Notes: generated by a model not told the origin, from the sequence alone. Positions 38,899 to 53,102 are shown, counted from the stretch's first letter. The stretch is DNA of 64,000 nt from Phaeosaccion multiseriatum (GCA_965112735.1 OZ218962.1:1054001-1118000); one strand, 5' to 3'. Numbers and translations are program-made.

Positions 38899-39316
38899 GA
38901 TTCACCCCCCCCAAATCTCCTTTCCCGTCTGCTGCTCTCTACTGCTGCTGCTACTGCTGCTGCTGCTCCTGCTGCTGCTGTTGCTGCTGCTGATGCTACT
39001 CCTGCTTTTTCTCCTTCTGCTACACTGCTCTGTCCTCCTTCTCTGGGGTGTGGACGCCCACCGCAGTGAATTAGTGTCCGGTTTGAGCTTGAGATTCTTG
39101 GTTTCTGCCTCCTCATGGACGTCTACTTCCCTCTGTAACTTTTCCTTGGAGTCTTCTGCATCTCTGTATCTTGCGTCAAGCAGAGCTCTGCTGTGGAGGT
39201 TCCTGTCGGGCTTGTTTATTCGGATGGAGAGCCGAAGAAGCCGTGCCTCGTCATGGAGAGCCGGATACGTCGATGAGGGACCATGACGAGAGCCTCGCTT
39301 GGGAGCATGCCATCTG

Positions 39317-42300
39317 ATGGAAGAGGCAGCAGCAACTGCGTCGGGCTCCTTCCGGCGCGAATGGGAGGTCGACGCCACGCTGCCGCTGCGCCGGCACTGG
39401 GGCTCGACTACGACGAGAAACAGGCCCGTGGTTGTGACTCTTGCTCAACAAAGCGATGTGGGCAGCGGCAGGTCCACGGTATCTGGGGCAGGGCCGCTGT
39501 TCGCCGTGCATTGCGTCAGTAATGCCGTGCATGTTTGTCGGGGAGCGGCATCAGCAGCGGTCCCAGCAGGGGTAGACAGGGCAACAGGAGCAGGAGGAGC
39601 AGCAGCAGCCACAGTGGTGTCCGTAGTGAGCTTTTCATCCGATGTCCTCTGGCTGGCTGAGGCTTCTCCTGACAATGTTTGTCGTGGGGAGGGGGAGGCG
39701 GCTGCAGCTCTCAGCAGCAGCAGGAGCAGCAAGTGCCTCTTTTTGGTAGCGTGTCGCGACGGGAGCGTCTTCCGGGTGCCTTGCTCTGTGCTTGGGACTG
39801 ATACCGGAGAAGGAGGGGTCGCAGCACCAGCTGGAGTGAAGCCGTGCGCGAGAGTGCATGCAGTCTCCTCTTGGAGGGTTTGCATTCACCCTGGAGCGAG
39901 AGTGGGCGTCCCGTTGTGTGTGGGGGATGGGCAGGGATGGACGAAGTGGGTGGTGGTGGCTGGGATACTCGACCAGGCAGCACTGTACTGTGCCGTGGCG
40001 AGCAGCAGTGGCGCAGGAGACGCAAATGTGATGGACATTGCCGGGGGCGGCTCTGAGGAACATTTGGTTGTACAGCAGGAGCAGGAGCAGGAGCACGAGC
40101 AGGAACAGTTCGTGCTACAGCACTTTTTGGCGGAGTTGGATGGGCTCGAGCCGACCTTCATCGCTGTCGTACACAGGGGTGGAGGCAGGGGCAACGACGG
40201 GAAGACAGCAAGGGGGAGGAAAGGGGTGCGTTTAAAGGGCGATGGCAAGGGTGAGGGTGAGAGCGAGGAAACCAAACAGAGTGGCGAAAGCGGTGGGGGG
40301 ATATATGCAGGTCAAGACTGCGTGGGGGGACGGAGGAGCGGCGGTGGCGGCATTTGGCTCTCTCGAAGTGTGTTCGACTCTTTGTTCGGGGCGCGGCAGG
40401 GGCAGGGGCAGGGGAGCTGCTGCGCCAGAAGCGTGGTGGTGATTGGCGACGAAGGAGGTGGAGTCCGTTGGTGTGAGATGACAGTGACCCCACGCAACAA
40501 CAACGACGACGACGCGCAACGGGGGACGACGTCTCCTCCTTGTTGCACTCCTGTGTGCGGGACTCTGAAGGGTATGGGCGAAAGAGTGGTGGCCATTCTG
40601 CCTGCCTATCCGGCGTTCGCGCATGACTTGTCGACAGAGCATGAGAAGGACGACGAAGACGGGGTCGGTGGGGGTGGTAGTAGCAACGGGCGCCGGAACG
40701 CAAAGGGGGGTGGAGAGGAGGAGAGGAGGGGCGAAGTGGGGGCCTTGCATCACCAACACGATACTTCGCTTGCCATTGGCCTGGTGCTCGTGGGACGGGA
40801 AGGACTCGTTCGCATCCATTGCCATCGCGATGTAGTAGGGGGCGCAGGAGCAGGGGAGACGCGTAAGAGGAGCAGAGAAGACACCATAGGGAGGAGTTAT
40901 GACAATAGTAGTTGTGACAGTAGTGACAGCAGTGATAGCAGCGACGGCAGTGGACGCAGCGATGGCTCGTATGATGACGAGGAGGAGGGCGACGAGGGGT
41001 TCGAGGGCGACGACAGTAGGGACGACAACGACGAGCAAGCAGAATCTCGACCTCGAGATGGAGTGTCGAGGAGAGCGCAGCAGCTCGAGTTTAGGCTCGC
41101 GCACACCCCCCTGGAGAGCGTCTTCAGCCTGGCAGGGGGTCTGCTGGTCTTTCTCAGCGGTGGGCGGGTGCGTGTCATCTCGCTTTGGGGACCACCAACA
41201 GGATGGTTCCGGGCGGGGAGGCATGGCCGTGAGAGTGAGGGGAGTCGAGGAGGAGGAGGAGGAGCTCGAGAGGCGTTGCTGCTGCCCCTCAGCAGCAACA
41301 TTGCGGCCATTGGCTGCTTCTCGGCACCGGCCCTGGCTACCCTGCCTTCGGCTTCATCTGCTGAAGAAGAAGTGACGACGACAACAAACAGCAGGAGAAC
41401 TGACGCGGGCATGAATGGGGAGATGGCAACTGCCAGGGCTGCCCCAAATGGCGTTGCTAGAACTGCTGCTGCCGCTGTATCAACGGGCGCTGATGGTCAA
41501 CACAGCGGGGTCCACAGCAAGAACCTGTTGATCTGCCTCACAGGAAAGGGTAGAGTCACTTGCTTCGCCCTTCCTCAGGACCTATCACTGATGGAGGAGT
41601 GGGCGCTTGATGTAGGCAAGGGAGGCGTCCGGGGCGGGGGGCAGGCAGGCGTGGAGAGAAAGGTCAAGGGCCTGCTGCAGAGGCTGTCCGAGGTTGGGTC
41701 GAGGAGAGATGCCCTCCAAGGGGAGGCGGTCCGTCTTGACATGCAGCTGCTGGCCCTGGGTAAGATGCTGGAGGGACTGGAGGTGGTGCAGCGGGGCATA
41801 GGCCATGGGGAGGAGCATGCAGCAGCAGGGGTTGGTACTACATCAGGGGGGGGGGGGGGAGGAGCAGGTGGGCAAAGCCGAGCCCTACAGGATGAGGAGG
41901 CAGTGCGACTCGAGATTCGCATGCGCGCCGCTGCTGTCGCCAAGGAGGAGGACCGGTACAGGTACGGGTGTATGGGCAGGCAGGCATATGGGTAGAGGTG
42001 TATGGGCAGGCAGGCATATGGGTAGAGGTGTATGGGCAGAGATATAGAGGCTTATGGGCAGGTGTATGGGCAGGTAGATAGAGACTTATTGGCAGGTATA
42101 CGGGTAGAAGTGTATGGGCAGGCATATGGGTAGAGGTGTATGGGCAGATAGATAGAGGCTTATGGGCAGGTAGATACAGGCTTATGGGAAGGTAGATACA
42201 GGCTTATGGGCAGGTATACGGGTGGAAGTGTATGGGCAGGCGTATGGGTAGAGGTGTATGGGCAGATAGATAGAGGCTTATGGGCAGGTAGATACAGGCT

Positions 42301-44369
42301 TATGGGCAGGTATACGGGTAGAAGTGTATGGGCAGGCATATGGGTAGAGGTGTATGGGCAGATAGATAGAGGCTTATGGGCAGGTAGATACAGGCTTATG
42401 GGCAGGTATACGGGTGGAAGTGTATGGGCAGGCGTATGGGTAGAGGTGTATGGGCAGGCATAGGATACGCCCCTGGTCCAGTAAGAAGCCTGTCACCTCC
42501 ATCCTGCTACGCACGCACCCATGCATCCACTGCCATTCACCCTGTCGTTACCCGCTCAGGTCCGACGGCGGCGCTGCTCCCTCTTTTTGGGCCGGCGGAA
42601 TTGGTGCCGCCGCTGCCGCTGCCGTGAGCTCTCCCTTCGAACTGAGCACGAGACTCAACGTGAGGCTGCTCCTGCCCGAGAGGGTATGCAGGACACTCAG
42701 TGAGGCGATGGCAGCAAATGGTTCTGGGGTGGGGAGCGGAGCAGGTGGAGGGCAGGGGCGAGGAGGAGGAGCAGGGGGAGGAGGAGGAGGAGGAGGAGGA
42801 GGAGGAGGAGGAGGAGGAGGGGGAGGGGGAGGGGGTGGCGGTGGTGGTGGTGGTGGTGGTGGTGGTGCCTGGGGGAGAGGGGCGCGAGAACAGAGCGGCG
42901 TCAAGTGGGTCCTGGTGGTAACCGTCACCCACACAGACGCAGTTGTTGATACAGCAGCAGGGAGGTGGGGGGGGGATGATAGTAATGACGACGATGATGG
43001 CGATGATGATGATGAGGAGGAGGATGACGATGACGATGATGATGTGGAGGACGAGGACGACGCAGGGCCGGAGCCCTCCCCTGCCCCGCCTGAAGGAGGG
43101 CAGAGCTGGTCCTTCTCGTTCCCCCTCGACCCAGGATATGTCCAGCGACATAACGGTCGGGTGGAGAGCAGCTGGCCGGTGGGGCTGACGTCATCTGCTC
43201 CGGTGGCGGTGACCTGTCTGTTGGAGCTTCATCTCTGGGGGGCGACGCTGTTGTCAGCTGCAGGCGTCGGCGATACACGACGACGAGGAGGAGGGAGCCG
43301 CAACCGTGGCCCTCGCCGCTCTCGCCGTGCTGTGTCGGTCACCCTGGGCAGCAAGAGATTCGATGTGATGGACTGGGGTACCCCGCTCGCCTACTTGCCG
43401 ACGAGCACAGGGGCCTTCAAGGCAGCGGCGGCAGCGGCGGCAGCGACAGGGGCGGCCGCTGCAGAGGTGTCAGGAGGAGGCGCAGGAACCATGGGTGTAG
43501 CCATGGGCTTGGGCATGGGCAGGCGTGGTGGGTTTTGGGGCGGGCCACAGCATATGGTGGGGCTTGCTGGCGTGGCGAGGTATACAGCAGTTGATGGTAT
43601 GCTCCCGTCGTCGTCGTCGTCGTCGTCGTCGCCAGACATGCCAGACTACCCGTCGAGCCGTGTATCCGAGGGGCAGCAACAGCAGCAACCCGTCTCAATT
43701 CATGTCGGGCTTCAGGGTGGTGGTATGTTGACGGACTCCCTCGCAGAGCTTCTGCGGCTCTCAGGAAGGGCTCCTCTTTCAGATGCAGCAGTTGGTGATA
43801 CAGCAGCAGCAGCAGCAGCAGTTGGTGGTACAGCAGCATCGCCGCCTGGAGCTGTTGGAGGGATCCTGTGGGATGGATCCTTCAACGAGGGGGGCACTGC
43901 TGTCGGGGGACACATTGCAACCTTTAGGCTTCTGCGGAGGCCTACAAAGGTCTCTGACAGAGGTCTCGGGCGAGAGCGAGGGGGTGGGTGTGGGGGGGGG
44001 AGTGGGCATGTGGAGGAGTGGAGGGTGAAGTTGACATGTTCGCATGAGTGCTTGATCCCTCGCTTTCGTGAGGCCCTCGCCTACCGCCACGACCTGTTCC
44101 TCCAGCAGCAACAGCAGCAGCAGCAGCAGCAGCAGCGGTTGGTGGTACGGCTCGACCCAGAGTTGCTTTCGTCATCGGCAGCGGCGCTCGTCGAGCTGGA
44201 CGGGGACTTGCGCGCTCTGCGGGGAGGCGCTGCAGCCATAGCCACACACACAGACACGCCCCAAGTACAGCCGTTGGTAGTACAGCCACCACCCCCCCGT
44301 CTGGCGGCCATCGCGCAGGGGAGGGACGTTATGGAACGCCTGAAGGACGTTTACATGCGACTAAGGTGA
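39317..44369 (+). CDS. FAAP100-like (Fanconi anaemia core complex-associated protein 100); intron 41962-42559
   Basis: Collinear blocks resembling FAAP100 as I recall it: VFDSLFG...VVVIGDEGG, LVLVGREG, LICLTGKGRVTCFAL, KVKGLLQRLSEV coiled coil, PVAVTCLL, VTLGSKRFDVM, terminal VYMRLR. Confidence 0.65.
41962..42466 (+). repeat. Intronic G-rich minisatellite (GGTAGAGGTGTATGGGCAG-type units)
   Basis: Visible tandem degenerate repeat filling most of the intron. Confidence 0.85.
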
Positions 44370-44824
44370 TGAAAAGAGCCAAAGAGATCAGAGAGTTAGG
44401 GAGGAAGGGAAGGAAGGAGGGAGGGAGGGAGAGAGAGAGAGGGAGGGACGGTGGACGGAGGGGGACAGGGAGGGAACGGAGGGAGGGAACGGAGGGGGTT
44501 TGGCTCCCCTTGCCGATTTCAACTTGGCCATGGTCCCATTGACTCACCCAGTCAGCACACGACGCCTCGGCTTAAAACAAGATGCAATTTGTTTCCAACT
44601 GTCCGACTCTATATTGTTACTTGCCGGCCGTCTCAGAGTCCACGCTTCAGCCATCGTTGACATATTTGTATCATCAGTTTCAGTGTCAGTGCGCACACCA
44701 CCTCCCCCTGGCAGTCTGTCGGTCGCACATAAATGCGTGGACTATAAGCAAAGGAGGCAGTCATCAAGAGCAGTTACGACAGTTACGAAGTGTGAAAGGT
44801 ACGTGTGCGACATCGTCCCTTTTT

Positions 44825-46807
44825 TCAGTAGTAGTTGTTGTTGTTGGACGGAGGTGGCTGCTGGTTGCTTGCCAGAGGAGGGTACCCCCCTCGGGAGCCC
44901 TGCTGAGAAGAAGATGGAGGAGGCCCGTAGCCCCCTTGATTACTGCTTCCCCGAGGGTTGGCGCTGTTTGGTTGAGTGGGGGAGAAAGACGGTGGGGCAT
45001 GGGCGCCAGAAGGGGGCATCTGCTGCTGCGGCGGCGGCGGCTGCTGCTGTTGGTATTGCGGCTGCTGGTTCTGGTGTTGTTGGGAGGAGGGAGGAATCGA
45101 CGAAGGAGCCGCACCGCCGCCACTGCTGTAGCTCGACTGGCTGCTGAAGGAGGGGTACGGCGCTTGTTGATGTTGCTGAGGCTGCTGTTGCTGGGCGTAC
45201 GGAGGCTGACTGTACTGCTGCTGCTGCTGCGGCTGCTGTACCACCATCTGCGGTGGCTGTCCACCATACGTTGTTGTCTGGGCAGAGGGCTGAGACGGCG
45301 GTTGGTAACCAGACCCACCAGACCCCGATGATGATGAAGGCACAGCAGACTGCGGCTGTACCACCAACTGCTGCGGCTGTTGTCCCGGATAGGCGCCCCC
45401 CACAGAAGGAGGAGGCTGAAAGCCCCCCGAAGACCCCGAAGGCCCCGAAGGCCCCGAAGGCGGAGGCTGATACCCAGAAGATACCAAAGAGGAAGAGGAC
45501 TGAGACGAGGAAGAGGGAGGAGGGGCTGAACCCGAGTACCTGCTTGGCGCTCCCGCCCCCTGGCCCCCCTGGCTTGGGGGCTGGTAGCCCGACATCGGTG
45601 CACTCCCACCCCCACCACCCGTCGTGCTGGAAGGAGGCTGTTGATATCCTGACCCTGACCCTGACCCTGACCCGGACGGAGGCTGATACAAGCCGGCCTG
45701 CTGCGGTGGCTGGGGCTGGCTTGGTGGTTGGCCGGGAGGCTGATATATGGTCGTGGTGGGGGGTGCGTTGCCCTGCATGGGAGGTGGCGCGTAGCCAGAC
45801 GCAGATCCGGACCTGGACCCAGATCCTCCGGGTGCACTATGATAGGCCATGGGTGGTGCCGCCCCTCCCCCCGCCTTGCTCGGCGAAGGCGGTGGTTGGT
45901 ATCCCGAAGAAGACCTCGACCCAGATGGCTGCTGCTGCTGCTGCTGCTGTTGTTGGTGTTGTTGTGGTTGAGGTGGGGTGTAAACAGACCGACTACCCCC
46001 TGCACTGCCCTCGCGACTAGGCGCGGATGAAGCAGAAGAAGACGTCCCAGAGTGTCCAGAGGGCCCTCCACCCCCTCCCTGTGGTGGATACGAATAGCTT
46101 GATCCACCCCCACCCCCTCCCGTATTAGTCGAAGCTGGCGGAGGCAAGTAGGAAGGCGGCACAGCCTGTTGCTGTTGCTGAGAGCGTCGATAGGGGGAAG
46201 AAGACCCAGTGGGGGGGGCGTGGGCTTGTTGTGCTTGCTGTGTGGACTGGGAGGGGGGTGCGTATTGGGCCTGTGAAGTTGGGGCTGCTGCTGGAGCACC
46301 AACTGCTGCAGGAGGCTGGTATAGTGGGACTCCTTGCGGCGCCGTTTGGGGAGGCTGTGTGTAACCTGCTTGTTGGACCGGTGGGTAATAGGAGCTGAAG
46401 GGGGCAAAACAAAAGCGAAGGGGGTAGAGAGAGGTGAAGAGGAAAGGTGAGGAAGGAAGGAAGGAAGGAAGGAAGGAAGGAAGGAAGGAAGGAAGGAAGG
46501 AGGGAATCAGAGTTGAGTGGCTTTGCTCATTCAAAACAGAGACACAAACATCGGTTCCACTCCCCGACCGTGTCTTCTTCTCAATGAAATCTCAGGGCAG
46601 GCAGCGCCAAAGCCATTGAAACAGACACACGGGTGCGGTCCACATCCCTCCCTCCCTCCCTCCCTTCCTCCCTCCCTCCCACCTCACCCCCCCCCCCCCT
46701 GCCATCAATAGACGCACCTGTTGCCATACTGCCCAGTGGAAGCTCCTGCCATTGGTGCCGTCGCTGCTACCGCGGCAGGCGGCGGCTGGTAGACAGAAGA
46801 AGAGTAC

Positions 46808-46839
<32 letters not shown>

Positions 46840-49800
46840 AACAACCAACTGCTCGGGCTGCTGTTGAGGCGGTGGCTGTGAAGCCCCACGCGACACTGGC
46901 CCTCCGCTCAGGGAAGGAGGCTGATACACGGGCCTACTGCCGCTGTTGTTGCCGTTGCTGCCACTGTCTCGATAAGACGAAGAAGACACACCGGAGGACT
47001 GACCGACGCCGGGCCCTCCTACGCCCGCCGGCGGCGTGTACCCAGCCTGACGGGGAGGATACGACTGTGCCGGCGGCTGACGATAGGGGTGCTGCTGGGG
47101 CAGCTCGTAGCGACCTCCTGCTCCTCCTCCTCCTCCTCCTCCTCCTCCTCCTCCTCCATAGGCCCCTGAACCTGAGCCCGGGCCTTGTTGCCCCCCCCCA
47201 CGACCGTATTCATCCCCCCCTCCCCCTCTCGAATCTCCTCTCGTGTCCCGGCTCCGGCTTCTGTCCGCCATGTAGTGACCACCGCTACCACTCCCGCTGC
47301 CGCCGTTCCCATCCCGGAAATCCCTCCTCCCTCGGTCAAAGTGGTCACCACCACCATCACCGCCGCCATACCTGTCCCCCCCCCGCCCAGCCCTTCCATC
47401 GCCCCCTCCCCTGCCACCACCGTGCTGAAAGTCATCTCTGGAGCCGTGTTGATGTCGACCACCACCGCGACCACCCGGACCAAAACCGTGACCACCGTGG
47501 GCGCGTGGATGCCCCTCCTCCCCCTCCTGAAGGGCTTCACACACCAGCTTGACAGCCACGTAGAGCGTGTCGTCGTTGTTGGTGCGTATCACCACCTCCC
47601 TCAGTTTGGCCCCGGGGGGCATGTCGGACTTGTTCTGTACCACAATGCTTGCTCCACTGTCCTGCACAAGCTTACGAATGGTGGCCCCACCTCTACCAAT
47701 CACCGCTCCGGCACACACATCCTCCACAAACAAAACCGCACCCGTGCTGGTGACCTTGATTTGCTCAAGTCCGGGCCCAGTCAGGGTCTGAATGTCCCCT
47801 CCCCCTCCCCCTCTCCCCCCCCCACGCCTATGACCACCACCGCCGCCTCCATAGCGGCCGTGGTCATCATCTCTACCTCCTCCTCCCCCACCATACCGAT
47901 CCCCTCCTCGATCGTCGCGACTGAAGGGCCTTCTCCCTCTCTCAGGGCTCTCGTGTCGACTCCCGCCGCCATAATACCCCCCGCCACCGCGATAGTCATC
48001 CCCCCGCCTGCTTCTGACGTCCCCCTGCTCCCTGCTGTCCCTGTCCCTCCCCCTGCCTCCTCCGCCCCCCCTTCCCCTTCCCCCATCATGATCCCCACCC
48101 CCTTCAGGATCGCGGTCGGGCATAACCAGATCAACCTTAAACTTTGGCAGCGGAACCTCCTTCTCGTCCTTCTTCTTGTCGCTGTCGTGCCCTCCCCCGT
48201 GCCAATCGGGAATGAGGTCGACCAGCAAATGGCGGGCCGCTCTAGCCTTCTTCACATCCTTCTCGGGAATGGTGCCCTTGCCATTGGCCAAGCGAAGCAT
48301 GAGTCGCCACAGCCCTTCACAGATGTCGGTGAAGGTACCCGATAGCACCACCACGCGAGCATCAAGCCAGAGGGAGGGAGAGCCCGAGGAGATAAGAGCT
48401 TCCACGCCAACCCGCATTGCCTCCATCTGCGCATTTGTTTGCGAGAGTGTGTGCGTGTGTGTGATCGGTAGTAGAGTGTGCGTGGGTATGTGTGTGTGTG
48501 TGTGTGTGGAGAGGGGCGGGGGTGCTTTAGGGAGTAGGACACGTACATGGAAATCAGCTTTCGACTAAGGACGCAGCAAGCAAGGCAAGCAAGGCTGATA
48601 CCATAGAGTAGAGGCTCACAACAAGCTGCACGAGCACACCTTTACAAGCTAAGCTCATGTCCATTTAACAAGCGAAGCGTACGCACCTCTTTGGTGAAGG
48701 CCTCATCTACAACGGCGTCCAGCAGATACTCGGGTAGAGGAATCTTCAGGCACCTGAGCAGCAGGATAAGGGGAGGGGACAGTGACAAAGGGCAAAAGGA
48801 AAGAGGCCGGGGGGTGCGGCCGACTACGGTAAGGAGCAGGCACAGAATTGAGAGCGAGCACTCACTCGATTGCATATATACAGCGACAGACACACAATTA
48901 TAAAAAATCACAATCACAGTCACAGTAGACAAACGCAAATCTGACGACGTAACGGTCGTAACTGATACTGTTGGCCGGCACAACACGTCACCATCAGAGA
49001 GATAAGAGACGCAAGCAAAGGACAACCAAGGGGCTCTTGGATCATCTTCCAGCCCCACGAATGCACAAATGCATCCACTCCTCCTACTCCTCTTCAGCCC
49101 CCTCCTCCTCCTCCTCCTTCTCCCCCTCCTCCCCCCCCCCCCCTCCTCCTCCTCCTCCCAACTTACATTCGTGCCTGACTCTGGTCAAACGACTTGTGCT
49201 TAATACTCTTGCTCCCTGCCGCTGCAAACGCCCCCCCGGCTGCCTCTGCCTCCGCCTCCGCCTCCTCCTCCTCGTCGTAGCCCCTCCCCTCCCCAGGATG
49301 GTCGCTTGCCCACGCTTGCTCTACCCCCTTAAGCGCCAACCGCAGGGCGAGATTGGCCGCCGGCGATCCCGTGATGGTCAGCACGCCGTGATGGCTGCCC
49401 AGCGATGGCTCCACGGTGCCTGCATGGATGGATGGATGGATGCATGGACGGATGCATGGATGGATGGATGTACAAGTACACAGGAGAGAAGAGAAGGGGG
49501 GTGGGGACAGCCCATTGCCGTACAGAAGAGAACAAAAATAGGGGGGTGAGGCCAAGAGGCCCATTGTTGAGTCACACTTGCTGTCCTTCGCTGGGCTGTG
49601 CTTTGCTTTGCTGTATCACCAACGGCTGTGCTAGGTGAACTCAACTCACCGAGGTAGGGCCTGATCCCAGCCCCGGTCTTGGTCTCCAGCGCCTTCAGGC
49701 CCTTCCCGTCCTCTCCGTCAAGAGCCTTCAACGCTCTGGCAGCAGGCACAGGGGAGAGAGAGAGAGAGATAGGGAGAGAGTGAGAGAAAGGGAGAGAGAG

Positions 49801-50893
49801 GGAGAGGAGAGAGAGGAGAGATTGAGAGAGAGAAGGCCCACCCACCCACACACCTCCCAACCCACCTGTACTGGACGAACATGGTGGCTACCTCCGGCTC
49901 CTCGTCCCTCATGAGCCTGCCGCCCACCCGAACATCGCTGCTCATCATCGCCATTGCAGCGGCTCTGGACTGCTCTGAGCCAATGAGATAAACGATGCGT
50001 TCGTGCACACGCACGCCCCTCCCCCGCACGTTGCTCTCCTCCATGCTGACGTGTAAGCGGCACCCTGTCGCCTTCTCTACATCCTATACATTGTGGTGGT
50101 GGTGTGGGTGTGGCCGTGGTGGTGATATAGTGATATGATGGTGTTGTAGTGGTGGTGGTGGTGTGGATTTGTTTGGTTTGGTACGGTTTACACGTCGCGT
50201 TGCGGCGAAAGAAAGAAAGGGAGGGAGGGAGGGAGGGAGGGGGGGGGGAGGGAGGGCGAGAGAAAGGGCATGGAAATCCGGTTCAGGGCGAGCCTGGGCA
50301 TAACCAACGGCTCGACACGCCACATCAACGCGAGGACGCCTTCCTCATAACCCACGCCCTCGCTCACACGCAAGCACTCACATGGATTCCGCTGCCGCCC
50401 TTCCCAATTAGCGTCCCGCAGGAGGAATCCGGCACGGCCCAGCGAACCGTTTGCATGTTCGGAACATCTGCCACCCCCTCGGGGACTGCGGACCTTGTCT
50501 CCTCTGGTTTGGTCGCTGCTGCTGCTGCTGCTTGGTCATCAACCGCTACTGCTGCGGCTGCTGCGGCTGCTGTGCCTGCTGTGGCTGCTGCTGTATCACC
50601 AACCGATGAAGGTGCCACGGCACCCTCCTCCTCGTCGTGTTCGTCCATGGCACTGTTTGCTGCATGGCCCCCTGACTCTGAGATGCCGGCCTCCGTCTTC
50701 ACAGCTGCTGTATCACCAACCACTGCTGCTGCTGGTGCTGCAACTGAACTTCCTGCCTCCGCAGAATCGGTCGCACCAGCCGTGTCCACCCCTGTATCCT
50801 CCTTCTTGATGTCTACTGCTGCTGCATCACCAACTGGTCCTGTCCCTTCTTCCACCTTGACCTCTGTTGCTGTCCCTCCTTCCTCTTTCACCT

Positions 50894-50927
<34 letters not shown>

Positions 50928-52265
50928 CTCCTCTCCCTCCTCCACCTTTTTCTCTTTGCCCTCGTCCTTCCCCTCCTCCTCCTTCACAGCAGCAGCAGCC
51001 CCGCCCTTCACCACCACCACCTGCATCTTCTCCTCGATCTCCTCCTTGCCCATCTGCTTCTTCAAAAACCTCTCCATCGGCGACATAACCATTGCCTTGA
51101 GCCGCTTGCTCTCGAGCTTCCCAAACAACTCCTCCGCCGTCCTCTCCACCTGCTTGCGGGTACCTCTGCTCCACACCCCCCTCTCCTTCTTGCCCCGGGG
51201 AATGGAAGGGTTCTCTTGCAAGCCAATATCCCCACCCGACTTGAGTCTTAGGTCCTTCAGTCCCGCCCCTCCTTTGCCAATGACCATGCCTATGGCGTCT
51301 GTGGGCACCATGAAAGTCACTCCCACCACTTCGACCTGTTCAGGCGAGTGAGGCGCTGCCGCCGCCTTCTTCTTGATGGGGGAGGAGGGGGCGCTTTCCG
51401 TTCCCCTCTTGACCCCATCCTCTCTCTTGGTCGCCTCTGCTGCCCCATTTGCTTTGGCAGGCGTCCCTTCCACCTCTACCCGAGCTTTCTTTGCGGCATT
51501 TCCGTCCATCGTCTCGCCACCGTCGGCAGTAGAAGCTGTGCCATCGGCAGCCACATCCATGAGACAGCCCTCGCCCCCCCCCTTGGTGTCAACCACATAG
51601 GGCACGTCGAGGAAAGGAGACCCTGGGCACTCGTCGTCGGAGTTCTCTGGAGGCTCGTATGGCTCATCCACCGCTGCTGCTACTGTATCACCAACTGCTG
51701 CTGCTGCTGCGGTTTGCCCAACCCCCTCCGCCTCCACCTCTGCGATGGTACGTTTCTTGGGGAAAGACACTGCCATTGCGGCTGCTGCAGCTGCTTCCGC
51801 GGCTGCTGCCACCAATGAGGGATCTCCTTCAGCGCTAGGAGTTTCTTCTGCCCCTTCCACCGGAGCAGCTTCGGCTGCCGGTGCTGTTGCCGCCTCTCCC
51901 ACCACTACAGACGCGTAGAGCTCTTCCCCGTCGCCCTCTCCAGCGTCCATCGTGGCCTCCTCTCCTCCTGCTGGCGCTACCCCTGCCCCCGCTTCACCAG
52001 GCTTGTCCCCAGCGTCCATTTTTGGCTCATCGCCTCCTACTGCTGTTAGCGGAGTGGGGAGGAGAGGAGCAGAGCAGAGAAGAGGGGAGGATGAGGGGGA
52101 TGTCGAGAGGGGGGAAAGAGCATTAGCCACCACCCCCCCACCACGTTCTCGTCACCGCACCACACCCGTACCACACCCACCAGTGGCGACAGCAGGGGCG
52201 GTCCCGCTATCCTTGGCGGTGTCTGCTGAAGGTTCTGTCCCATTTGCAACCTCTCCTGTGTCCAT
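44825..52265 (-). CDS. Multi-KH-domain RNA-binding protein with RGG-rich and Q/P/G/S/Y-rich tail
   Basis: KH GxxG motifs IGMVIGKGG, GTLIGKGG and GAVIGRGG. The first exon MDTGEVANG... splices in phase 1 into the 50364-52133 ORF. Confidence 0.85.
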
Positions 52266-52661
52266 ATTTGCCTTGGATACTCTCCTAGGTCGGGCGGTGG
52301 ACTCAAATTAATCGAACCAAGCCCCCCCTTCCCCCTTCCCTCCATACACAGAGAGAACTCGTCCTTCTCTTCAACCGAGGAAGAACTTCCTTCAAGCACA
52401 AAGAAGTGCAGCCTCTGCTGTGTTTTTGCGCGTCGCTTGCCCTGCCCGGGGGGAGAGGGCGTTGAGCTAAAACTAAAACTGACTCACCTCAACCCCAAAT
52501 CAATCCCCCCCCTCCGCACTTGTTCAATTAAAACCTCTGGAGACCTGGTGGGAGCAGAGGGAAGGAGGCCAGCTAAGTGCCATCGTAAGCTTGAACCTCT
52601 GCGTATCTGAGAGCTACAGGAGAAGAGGGCTCCTCCTCGCCGCTTTAAGTGCGATCCAACC

Positions 52662-53066
52662 ATGCGATCGGATATCCTTTCTTACTTCCTTCTCCTCCCC
52701 TCTTGTCTCGGCTTTGCCGTGGTAGGGGGGGCGGGTCCGCGGTGGAGACGCAGGACATCGCTACCGACTCTATTTGCCGAGCCAGAGATGGAGAAAGAGG
52801 CCGCAGGTGGTGTGTCGACCACGCTCCCTCCTCCTCCTCCTCCCCGACCTTCTTCTGCTGTTGGTGCTGCTGCTCCTCCTCCTTCCAGCGATAATGACAG
52901 CAAAAGAAACGGACAACAAGAAGAAAACCCCCGTTTCCAGCAGGCTTTGAAGGACAAGGGGAAAACAAAGGGCGACATGACTTTCGGGTCGGAGCTTAGT
53001 GTTAGTGACGTTATAGCGCTGAGCGGACGGGCTTTAGGTGAGTTGCTCGGTCGCTCGGTGGTGCTT

Positions 53067-53102
<36 letters not shown>

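Noticed and set aside
38902-39378. Minus-strand ORF between NHP2 and the FAAP100-like gene
   Set aside because: No good start or family motif, and it overlaps a likely shared promoter.
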